DNA of 64,000 nt, taken from positions 3,286,001 to 3,350,000 of the forward strand of contig JBHGNT010000021.1 of NCBI GenBank assembly GCA_043228905.1, in the 5' to 3' direction. Below are positions 53,882 through 64,000 of this stretch, in pieces. The notes under the pieces are model-generated. The model worked only from the letters and a program-made list of their open reading frames with translations. It was not told the DNA's origin and searched no databases. The stretch's first letter is position 1, and each line of letters begins with the position of its first letter. Source of the DNA: Azolla caroliniana. Taxonomy: Eukaryota; Plantae; Polypodiophyta. The position numbers and the translations under genes were made by a program.

Positions 53882-56800
53882 TTTCTCACCTATTCCTCGG
53901 TCCAAGACCCCAGTGGTCCCGCCTTGTTCTCCACACACGCGCGAAACAACGCGTCATCTTTTGGTGAACCCGACGTGAACAAGCGGTAGAGGAGTAGAAA
54001 ATGAGGGGGTCGGACCTCGCAGAAGCCATGGCTTCGACTGTGGATCGTATAGTGAGTGTGCGCGAAGGCACTGACGCCCTTGATAGGGCTATCGAGGCGG
54101 TTGTCGGTATGATCGGCCGGTTTAGTGGGAAGGATGCCACGAGCTACTTGGCGTCCTACCGGGCTGAGATGGTAATGAGGGACATTCCGGAAGAGAGGCG
54201 TCTAGACGGATTCCCTCGAGTGGCGATGCCAGGCATCCATATGGAGGTGCTCGAGCTACGGGCCGAGAGCCGAACCTGGGAGGAGTTTGAAGGTCGGTTC
54301 CTCGAAAAATACGGGCTTGAAGATGCGCTTCGACTTTCGAAGCGGGACTTCATGGAGTGGGTGGAGACCCCCCGACAAAGGAAGGAACACGTCGGTGCTC
54401 CTCCGGGAGTTTGAGGAACGCTTCGCGCGCCTCTTGGTGCTTGACCGAACCATTCTGGACACAAGTCGTGTCCTATTGTTTGTTAAGTCAGTTGACAAGC
54501 GGGATTGGGACCAAGTAGGCCTCCTATTGGAGACTGATGACGGGCTGACGGCCGACTGGGCCATGGTGAAGAGGGTCTGTGGCCGTTTCGACAAACGGCG
54601 GGAATGGGTTGGCAAAGGATCGACAGGGGCGGGCTCTGTCGCAGCAAGGAAGCTCGAGCCAACACCACCAACGCGAAGGGAAGAGACCCGAGATTGGCTC
54701 GAGACCGGATCGGCTTCGACCGGCATGGTCAAGGGCTCATCCGGGGGAGCAGCTCTGGAGGAACTGATGCGGATGGTGAAGGACCTCCAGATCGCCCAAG
54801 CACGGAGGGATGGTGGCGAACAGGCTCGTGACCGACGACCTCTGGCTGGAAACAGGTGCATGTGGTGTGACGCGGTTAGCCACATCCGGAAGGACTACGG
54901 GGACTTCGCCGAGGCAATGAGAAGCAACGTGGTGTACCTGTGGAACGGTCGGGTGCACGCCAGCGAGACCAGAAGGGCCCTAGACCTGAACGCCGGGCGA
55001 GGAGGAATGAAAAGGCTGATGGAGGAGGCGGCGGCTCGTCACGCGGAGACTGTCCACTACTCGGCATCAGCTGGTATTCAGGTCGGAGGTGGCGAGGTCC
55101 CGAAGACAAACAAAGCCGGGTTCTGGCCGACGATGCTAGAAGGCCTCGCCGGCGCACGACTAAGGAAAGAAGAGGCGGACCGCGCGGAAAAACGAGTCCG
55201 GGAGGTAACCGGGTGGAGTGACCCGGTGGAAGAAAAGACAGGCTTCGTCGAAGCCGCTTGTCAAAACTACGAGGCTCTGGTGGAGGACAAGCGGATAGGA
55301 AAAACCGGAGGGGCCGGGCCCTCACAACGATATGAAACTCGATTCGGGCAAAGGCGGAATGAGGCCGGTGTAACCGGCACCCAGGATAATCCCAAGAGGG
55401 GCGGGTACCGGCTGGACACAGAAATCGAAAGATCCACGGACCTGCGAAAGGTCCTGGAAGAACGAATCCTCGACATCAAGGTGGAACTGTCGCTGAGGGA
55501 AGTGCTCAGGATCGCCAAGAAGGAGTTCCACGACTCCATCGTAGACTTGGTGAAGAGGAAGAGGCTGTCGACGGAGACAGAACCGGAGAAGCCAGTGGAG
55601 GTGCGGACGACGCACATAAAGGACATGGCATTGGAAGACGAGTTGGCGGAGAGCCACTATTCGAGGCCGCATTGGGCCAGAGCGACCACAGAGACCCCAG
55701 TGAAGATCGGAGATGTTCATGAACCGGTGGTGGCGTTGGTGGACCACGGTTCAGAAATCAATTTGATGTCCATGGACTTCTACAAGAAGGCGAAATGGCC
55801 GATCAACACCAAACACGGGTGGAAAATACGGGCAGCGACGCGTGCCACCGAAGAAATGCATGGAGCCTGCCCGAATGTACGAGTAAAGATCGGCGATGTC
55901 GAGATTGACCAGAACTTCTTCGTGCAAGAAACGTCCTCACATCCGGTTATACTAGGAGAACCGTACATCACGGCAACACGGATGGAGACCAAGGTGTTGG
56001 ACAACGGCTCGGCCTATGCAAGGGTCAAGAGCCAGGATGGGCGTCACTCGGTCCAGTTCTTGACGGTGAGACCGAACCATGAACGGAACCGCGAGACCCT
56101 CGGGGGCGATAGCCGAGAGGATTTTTAGAGAGGGCTATCAAGGCATGGGGCCGCGATAGTCCGGACACTCCGGGAAAACCCCACAAATGTACAGTACGGA
56201 AGAAGACCTGTACCATAGGTAGGAAATTTTGGTTCTCTGACAGCGGAGGTTGTACTATAACCAGCATCAGCGGCAGGGAGAGGAAGCGAGCGGAGGAGCG
56301 GCTCAGGGGATGCGGAGTTCTCTTCCCCGACGAGGGCATCAGCGGCGCCGTGGAGGCGGTCTCTTTTGACGGCACCTTGGGTGAACTATGAAAGGTGATC
56401 AATGAAGACCTTAGAGAAGACCGGACCGTTCCGCTGGGGTCGATAGGAATGTACGAAGTCATCGCAGACTTCGGGGAAAGGATCGGGTCGGATCGGACGG
56501 CCCGCGTGGATACAAAATACAAGACTGTGGACCGGAAGGTGAGGCCAGCCGCGACACCCTTGCCGGAGGGCAGCGAGGAGCGGATGAAAGGGGTCGCGTC
56601 GGACCCAAGTTTACGAAATTCGGCTGGCATAGGGCACCGGTTCACCGACATAACGCTACGGGAGCTCAAGGTCGGTGGGGGCGGCTTCCTACTGCCGGTG
56701 GAGGAGGACCGGTTTCGGAGAATGCTCGGGAGGCATGGGAAGGCTTTCACATTCTCACCGGAGGAGATCGGGTGCGTAGACCCGACAGTTGTCGAACCGA

Positions 56801-58637
56801 TGGTGATCTTCACGGTACCGCATGTACCGTGGAATCTCAAGCCGATTCCGGTGCCGAGAGCTCACATCCCGAAGTTGATGGAGCTCCTAAAGCAAAAGGT
56901 GGAGATGGGCATCCTCGAACCGTCCAGTGCCCCGTATTCAAACTAGTGGTTTACGGTGCCGAAGAAGAACGACACGTTGTGCTTCATCCAGGACCTACAA
57001 CCGGTCAACAAGGTGACCATCCGTAACGCAGGGATCGGACCGACCATAGACGAGTTCGTGGAGGCCTTCGCTGGAAGGTCGATCTATTTTGTCGGTGATC
57101 TGTACTCGGGGTACGATCAGTTCCAACTAGTTGTGGAGACCAGAGACATTACGACGATGCGGACTCCTCTCGGCCTGGTGCGGATGTGTACCCTGCCACA
57201 AGGAGGGACGAACTCAATGGCTGACATGGTGAAGGCGATGAACAAAGTGCTCAGGGATTGTATCTCGGACATCACCATGCCGTTCTTAGACGACATCCCG
57301 ATCAAGGGATGCCTGGTGGAGAAAAGGGACGAGGCAATCGAGCCGGACGGATGTCGGAATTTCGTGGCGTCCCACATCGATGACTGCGAGAAGGTGTTGC
57401 AAAGGCTAGAGCGCGCGAGGCTCACCTTCTCCGGGGAAAAGTCGGCCTTCGGACAGTCAGAGATCTTGGTGGTCGGACACCTGTGCGGGCCTTACGGTAG
57501 GAAACCGTCTCCGGCAAAGGTAGAGGCCATCTCCGCGATGAGGAACGATTGCAGGTCGGTCACGGAGTTCCGCAGATTCTTGGGGGCATGCGCGTTCTAC
57601 CACATATGGGTCCTGCACTACGCACATGTCGCGGAACCCCTCTACGGACTATTGAAAAAGGGGCGTAGCTTTGAGTGGAGGACGGAGCACACGGAGTCGG
57701 TTCAGAGACTAAAGGAGGTGCTTACGGCGGCGCCGGCTCTCCGTAAAGCGGTTTACGGCAAGGATGTTCCCATCTGTGTAACGGTGGACACCAGCCCGAC
57801 CGGGATCGGGTGGGTAATCAGTTAGGAGGACGAGGGCGGCGTACGATTGCTGATCCGGTTCGGGGCGAAGGTGTTGAGCGAGCGGCAGCGAGGGTACGCC
57901 CAAGTTAAGCGCGAACTTTGGGGTGTCGTTTCGGCAGTAAAGGCCGATAAAGACTACCTGATCGGGACACGGGTAATTATCAAGACGGACTGCCTGCCAA
58001 TTCTTGGCATGGTTTCCGGATGCGCGACGCCGGACCTGGCAATGCTCAGGTGTATAGCGTACATCAAGTCCCTGAATCCAGAAATACGACACATTTCCGG
58101 GAAAGACAATGCCATGGCCGACATGCTTTCAAGGGCGAGGTTCGAAAACGAGGGCAGCATGGTTTCGGAGGACGAGGAAGTCGGCGTGGACTTCTTTGAG
58201 GCGGCTTACGTAACAACCGGCAGGGAATGCACTCCAACGCTTAACGATTTCGACGAGAGCAAGTACAACGGGGAGTGGCTGCAGATCGACAGGTTCCTGA
58301 AAACAATGACACCGGACGCGGCATGGACAAAGGATGAGGCCAACCGGATTCGAAAGAAAGCGTACCGATTCTTTCTCTAGGACGGGTACATATGGAAGCA
58401 CCCGAAGAAGAGGAACGACATCCCGCTCCAAGTGGTGGCGAAGAAGGAGGAACATGAGGATTTGCTGGCAGCGTACCACGATAGTCCTTGGGCTGGATAC
58501 CGTGGAATGTGGGCCACGTTCGAAAAGTTAAAGGGGAAGTATTGGTGGCCGGGACTATACCGGGACGTGCATCGGTTCGTGAAGACTTGCGAAAGCTGCC
58601 AGGTGCACTCCATGATCCGACACATGGACGAGCTGCC

Positions 58638-60896
58638 AGGATGAACCGGACCATAATGGAGAGGGTTCGGAGTATGCTGGCGCATGCGAAATTACCCAAG
58701 GGGTTCTGGGCTGAGGCAATGTCGACGGCGACATATGTGATAAACCGATCACCCTCAGTACCTTTGGACGGAGACACACCGCAGAGAGTGTGGACCGGTA
58801 GGGAAGTATCCTACCGGCATCTAAAGGTGTTCGGGTGTCTCGCATACGTGCACGTGGCGAAGGACCGGAGAGGAAAGCTAGATCCGAAGACCCGGCCATG
58901 CATATTCCTCGGTTACGGCGACGACGAGTTCGGCTACCGAGTATGGGACCCGGTCGACAAGAAGATATTCAGGAGTCGAGATATCATCTTTATGGAGGAC
59001 AAGACACTCGCCGACTGGGAGTCGGAGAAGAAGATGAAGAGCTCCAAGTCGACCGGTGAGGATAAACTCTACGAGGAGCAGTCCCGACCGGCAAGGGACC
59101 GGTTAGCACTCGAGGACCCGGCCGAAGACGGTGAAGAAACAGAACCGGCCGAAGAAGATGAAAATGATACCGGAACCGGCCCCGATCCCGAAATGGATTC
59201 GGATGAAGAAGAAGAATCGGAAGAACCGGTTACCGAAGCTCCCGAACGGAGATATCCTCTAAGAGAGAGGAGAGCCCCCCAGAGATTTCCGGAACCAGAG
59301 CACGTGCTGCTAACCGACGAGGGGGAGCCGGAGAGCTTTGAAGAAGCAAAGCATGACACCCAGAGCCGCAGGTGGTTGAGTGCCATGCAGGACGAGATGG
59401 ATTCCCTGCATGAGAACCTCACATATGAACTTGTGGAGTTGCCGAAAGGAAAGCGGGCACTTCGAAACAAGTGGGTGTTCAAGCTGAAACCGGGAGATGC
59501 CGGAAACCCCCCGAGATATAAAGCCAGGATCGTGGTGAAGGGGTTTCAGCAGAAGAAGGGCGTCGACTTCGACGAGATATTTGCCCCGGTAGTGAAGATG
59601 ACCTCCATCCGGACGGTGCTGAGCATAGCGGCAAGCATGGACCTCGAGGTAGAACAGATGGACGTAAAGACGGCATTCCTTCACGGTGACCTCGAAGAAG
59701 AGATTTACATGCAGCAACCGGAAGGATTCGAGAAGAAAGGGAAGGAGCACCTGGTATGCCGGTTGAAGAAGAGCCTTTACGGACTGAAGCAGGCTCCCCG
59801 GCAATGGTACCGGAAGTTCGACTCCTTCATGACCGACGAAGGGTACCTCAAAACGCAGTCCGACCACTGCGCGTTTGTGAAGAAATTCGAAGGAGGAGAC
59901 TTTCTAATACTCCTCCTGTACGTGGACGACATGTTGATCGTCGGACGGGACCAGGTCAAGATACGGATGCTGAAGAAGGCTCTTCACCGAACCTTCTCAA
60001 TGAAGGACCTGGGTCCGGCGAGGCAAATACTAGGGATGCACATCATCCGGGACCGGAAGAAGAAGCAGTTGTGGCTGTCACAGGAGAAGTACGTGACGAA
60101 GGTGCTTCACCGGTTCAACATGTCGGAAGCAAGACCGGTCGGATCGACCCTCCCGGCAAACTGCAAGCTGTCCAGCAAGCAAAGTCCCAAGACAAAGGCT
60201 GAAAAGGAGGATATGATGAAAGTGCCGTATGCCTCAGCCGTCGGGAGCTTGATGTACGCCATGGTGTGTACGAGACCGGACATAGGATATGCAGTCGGAG
60301 TGGTGAGCCGGTACATGAGCAATCCCGGCAAAGAGCATTGGAACGCGGTCAAGTGGATACTCCGATACCTGAAGGGCACAGCGAATGTGTGCCTCCGATT
60401 CGGCTCCGGTAAACCCGAACTCGACGGTTTCACCGATTCGGATATGTCGGCTGATGCAGATACCAGCCGGTCCACATCAGGGAATGTGATGACGTATGCA
60501 GGGGGAGCTGTTTCATGGCAGTCGAGGCTGCAGAAGACGGTTGCGTTGTCAACCACGGAGGCGGAGTACATGGCGGCTGTTGAAGCCGGCAAGGAAATAA
60601 TATGGATGAAGGACTTCATTAGAGAGCTCGGTATCCAACAGGAGGAGTACCGACTCTACTGTGACAGTCAGAGTGCAATCCACCTAGCGAAGAACGCGGC
60701 CTATCACTCCCGGACGAAGCACATCCAGCGAAGATATCACTGGATCCGGGAAAGGATAGAAGACAAGGAGTTCGTGCTGACAAAGATCCACACGGACGAG
60801 AACGGGTCGGATATGCTGACCAAGGTCCTCACACCCGACAAGCTGGAAGCATGCCGGAAGAGGGTCGGATTGGAGAGACATCCCATGCCGAAGTGA
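58638..60896 (+). mobile_element. Ty1/copia (Tnt1/Tork-like) pol, 3' part: integrase C-terminus, RT, RNase H
   Basis: RMNRTIMERVRSML, YKARIVVKG, QMDVKTAFLHG, LYVDDML, STTEAEY, KHIQRRYHWIRE. Uninterrupted to TGA at 60894-60896, then PPT AAGGGGGAG. Confidence 0.95.
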
Positions 60897-60906
60897 AGGG
60901 GGAGTT

Positions 60907-61518
60907 TGTTGGGATTACGGTCCCTTCTCATGGGATGGTCGGATATCGGAGATGAATGCCGACAAGCCCGGTTTCGGTTTCGGATCCGGATGACGAAGAC
61001 CCCGGTTTCGGTACCGGATGACGAATGTACCCGGAGAGCGATCCGGATACAGGGACATATCCGTGAATATGTTCGCTATGGGCCCCTGAGGCTACAGTTG
61101 TAAATAGCCCAAAGTCATATAAGTATAAATATGACTTAGGGCAAACAGTTTTGCTGTTGCTTCTCATTTTTCTGTTTTTCCCACTCAAGAGGAGTGAAGT
61201 GTAAGCAGCCGTGAGAGAGAGAGAGAGAGAGAGAGCGCGAGAGAGGAAGAGGTAGACGCCTCTGTGTATTTCCGCCGCCTGTGGCGAGGACAGCGAGCTC
61301 AAGGTCGTCGCCTTGCAGCTCGCCATTGTATACTTCTCTGTATAGTGTTGGGTTGGAGTCTTGTACTCCCGTGGTTTTTCCCGTCTGGGTTTTCCACGTT
61401 AATCCCTGTGTACTCGCGTTCTTGTTTTTCGTGTGGTTCCTATTTTCTGCTGCATTGATCCGCGATTACTCGGTTGTGGCCGAGTGAAGAAGGTGAATAG
61501 AAGGGTCTATTCCTTACA
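60907..61518 (+). mobile_element. Copia LTR (612 bp), preceded by a PPT and followed by a tRNA-Met PBS
   Basis: TGTTGGG...CCTTACA. TATA-like TATAAATA near 61124. PBS TGGTATCAGAGC at 61522-61533. Confidence 0.92.
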
Positions 61519-61547
61519 AACTGGTATCAGAGCGACTGTTGCAGAAA

Positions 61548-64000
61548 ATGGAAGGCGGCGGCAGCGGGCAGCCGGGGATGATGGTGCTGAATGCACAGAA
61601 TTACGCCGACTGGAAGATCAAGATGGAGGATCTCCTGATTGTTCGGGTCCTGTACGAACCGATTGACAGGTCGAAAATACCGAAGGGGGTACTTGAGTCG
61701 GAGTGGAAGCTCCTGAACCGGAAAGCCGTAGCGACGATCCGACAATATGTCGATGTAAGCGTCCTACAACATGTGGCGAACGACACCAACGCATATGAGA
61801 TGTGGAAGAAGCTGTCGGGCCTCTACGAGAGGAAGAATGCGTTGAACCGGACCTCCCTGATGAGGAAGATAGTGAATCTCAAGTACCGGGACGGCGAGAG
61901 TATGGTGGAACACGTAAGCACGTTCATGGGATTCGTGAATCAGCTTGCAGCGATCAAGTTCCCATTGGAGGATGCAATGCAAGCCATCATCCTGATGTGT
62001 ACATTGCCGGAAAGCTGGGAGAACTTGGTGGTGACTCTCAGCACCTCCTGCACCGAAGATAACTTGTCCCTACAAACGGTAAAGACAAGTATTTTGAACG
62101 AAGAAGCGCGTCGGAGAGATAAGGAACCGGCCTCCGACCCGAAGATGTTGTTTACCGAATCGGATCGGGGAAGACAATGGAACCGGAGTCCGCAAAGACG
62201 GGAGAAGTCGGGGACCCGGTCGCAGTCAAGAGGAAGGCCCACATGCTTCCACTGTGGGAAGCCGGGGCACTTCCGAAAGAATTGTCGGCATTACCGAAAA
62301 GACAATGGAACCGACAACACCGATTCGAAGAAGTCACCGGAGAGAAACGGTGCATACCGGGGAGCCACGGACCGGAATGGTTCGGATCGGCGAGGACAGG
62401 ACCGAAAAGGAACGACGGCACTCGCGGCAAGTGAAGAGGAGATCATGCTCATCACCGAAGAAGGTGAACTAAACATTGCCGGCGATGAGACGACCTGGGT
62501 GGTCGATTCCGGAGCATCGTTCCACCTGACCCCAGAGAGAAGATACTTCTCATCCTACACAGCCGGCGAGCATGGCTGTGTTCGGATGGGAAACGAAGGT
62601 ACGTGCCGGATTGCCGGCATAGGAGACGTGTGGTTGACAACCCCGACCGGATGCAAAATGCTGCTGAAGAATGTCCGACACGTTCCGGAGGTCCGACTGA
62701 ACCTGATTTCGGCCGGGAGGCTAGATGATGAAGGCTACACGGGTAGCATCCGGAACGGTGTCATGAAGTTCAGCAAGGGGAGCTTGATAGTGGCTCGGGC
62801 CCGGAAGGTCAACACACTGTACCTGATGAATGCCCGGTTATGTCCGGAAGAGCTGAATGTGGCAGCCGACACTGCCGGTGAGCTGTGGCACAAAAGACTG
62901 TGCCACATGAGTGAGAAGGGGATGAAGAGGCTTGCAGAAGACAACCTTATTCCGGTGAAGCATGTGCACCTGGAGAAGTGCACCGACTGCCTGGCCGGTA
63001 AGCAGAACCGAACCTCCTTCCACTCAAGGCCACCGACGAGACGTAGCGCACCATTGGAGTTGGTGCACACTGATGTGTGTCAGGTAGAAACGAAGTCACA
63101 TGGCGGAGCCCAGTACTTCGTAACATTCATTGATGATCACAGCCGGAAGCTGTGGACGGCACCGTTGAAGACAAAGGACCAAGTGTTGTGCGTCTTCAAA
63201 GAACTCCACGCGAGAGTGGAAAGGGAATCCGGCAAGAAGCTGAAAGCGATACGAGCGGATAACGGAGGGGAATACCGAGGGCAGTTCCAGGAGTACTGTC
63301 GCTCGAAGGGAATCCGACTCGAGTTTACTGTGCCGAAGACGCCGGAACTGAACGGGCTGGCCGAGAGGATGAACCGGACCATAATGGAGAGGGTTCGGAG
63401 TATGCTGGCGCATGCGAAATTACCCAAGGGGTTCTGGGCTGAGGCAATGTCGACGGCGACATATGTGATAAACCGATCACCCTCAGTACCTTTGGACGGA
63501 GACACACCGCAGAGAGTGTGGACCGGTAGGGAAGTATCCTACCGGCATCTGAAGGTGTTCGGGTGTCTCGCATACGTGCACGTGGCGAAGGACCGGAGAG
63601 GAAAGCTAGATCCGAAGACCCGGCCATGCATATTCCTCGGTTACGGCGACGACGAGTTCGGCTACCGAGTATGGGACCCGGTCGACAAGAAGATATTCAG
63701 GAGTCGAGATATCATCTTTATGGAGGACAAGACACTCGCCGACTGGGAGTCGGAGAAGAAGATGAAGAGCTCCAAGTCGACCGGTGAGGATAAACTCTAC
63801 GAGGAGCAGTCCCGACCGGCAAGGGACCGGTTAGCACTCGAGGACCCGGCCGAAGACGGTGAAGAAACAGAACCGGCCGAAGAAGATGAAAATGATACCG
63901 GAACCGGCCCCGATCCCGAAATGGATTCGGATGAAGAAGAAGAATCGGAAGAACCGGTTACCGAAGCTCCCGAACGGAGATATCCTCTAAGAGAGAGGAG
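61548..64000 (+). CDS. Copia (Tnt1/Tork-like) gag-pol polyprotein, open to the end of the window
   Basis: ATG 61548 MEGGGSGQPGMMVLNAQNYADWKIKMEDLL; zinc knuckle CFHCGKPGHFRKNC; PR WVVDSGASFH; LWHKRLCHMSEKG; INT HTDVC, IRADNGGEY. No stop seen, which explains its absence from the ORF track. Confidence 0.92.
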   Translation, partial: MEGGGSGQPGMMVLNAQNYADWKIKMEDLLIVRVLYEPIDRSKIPKGVLESEWKLLNRKAVATIRQYVDVSVLQHVANDTNAYEMWKKLSGLYERKNALNRTSLMRKIVNLKYRDGESMVEHVSTFMGFVNQLAAIKFPLEDAMQAIILMCTLPESWENLVVTLSTSCTEDNLSLQTVKTSILNEEARRRDKEPASDPKMLFTESDRGRQWNRSPQRREKSGTRSQSRGRPTCFHCGKPGHFRKNCRHYRKDNGTDNTDSKKSPERNGAYRGATDRNGSDRRGQDRKGTTALAASEEEIMLITEEGELNIAGDETTWVVDSGASFHLTPERRYFSSYTAGEHGCVRMGNEGTCRIAGIGDVWLTTPTGCKMLLKNVRHVPEVRLNLISAGRLDDEGYTGSIRNGVMKFSKGSLIVARARKVNTLYLMNARLCPEELNVAADTAGELWHKRLCHMSEKGMKRLAEDNLIPVKHVHLEKCTDCLAGKQNRTSFHSRPPTRRSAPLELVHTDVCQVETKSHGGAQYFVTFIDDHSRKLWTAPLKTKDQVLCVFKELHARVERESGKKLKAIRADNGGEYRGQFQEYCRSKGIRLEFTVPKTPELNGLAERMNRTIMERVRSMLAHAKLPKGFWAEAMSTATYVINRSPSVPLDGDTPQRVWTGREVSYRHLKVFGCLAYVHVAKDRRGKLDPKTRPCIFLGYGDDEFGYRVWDPVDKKIFRSRDIIFMEDKTLADWESEKKMKSSKSTGEDKLYEEQSRPARDRLALEDPAEDGEETEPAEEDENDTGTGPDPEMDSDEEEESEEPVTEAPERRYPLRER

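Larger units (their letters stand above)
46323..58637 (+). mobile_element. Ty3/gypsy LTR retrotransposon with tRNA-Trp PBS. 5' LTR 46323 to about 53956, split by the copia insertion; gag-PR 54001-56128; RT-RH-INT 56128-58637, truncated in the integrase
   Basis: PBS TGGTGAACCCGACGTGAA at 53962-53979; PR ALVDHGSEINLM; RT GDLYSGYDQ, LPQGGTNS, FLDDIPIKG; RH VDTSPTG, KRELWG; INT HHCC ending CESCQ. In-frame stops at 56389, 56944, 57823 and 58378, and a gag frameshift near 54370. The LTR start at 46323 is inferred from TG plus the rejoined flanks. Confidence 0.85.

Noticed and set aside
56025-56840. 271-aa antisense ORF in the gypsy element
   Set aside because: No recognisable motif. Long shadow ORFs are expected opposite GC-rich coding sequence.
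58488-60896. 802-aa ORF as a novel fusion gene
   Set aside because: The N-terminal ~50 aa are an off-frame read of the gypsy integrase that happens to be in frame with a truncated copia pol. No promoter or evidence of domestication.

Overview
Eukaryotic land-plant nuclear DNA, with spliceosomal introns, microsatellites and nested LTR retrotransposons. A fern or other non-seed vascular plant is my guess from the gene and element types, not an established assignment. The left 37 kb holds four host genes: a SUVR5-like SET histone methyltransferase (+, 5' end not found), a ribonucleotide reductase small subunit with an E2F-site promoter (+), a Ycf45/SpoIIIAA-like P-loop NTPase (-) and an intronless nepenthesin-like aspartic protease (-). 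A heavily decayed DNA-transposon-like stretch lies between the last two. The right 26 kb is a retrotransposon nest. It contains a solo LTR with TSD, a decayed chromodomain Ty3/gypsy element (-) whose LTR/PPT junction is amplified six times, and a tRNA-Trp-primed Ty3/gypsy element (+) with a candidate -1 frameshift after the protease. A full-length Ty1/copia element (-, TSD CCTCG) sits inside that gypsy's 5' LTR. A young Tnt1/Tork-like copia follows in a permuted pol-LTR-PBS-gag-pol arrangement, joined without an LTR to the gypsy integrase. I see no clearly new host system; the most unusual signals are in the retroelements and the SUVR5 zinc-finger duplication. All coordinates were read by eye.
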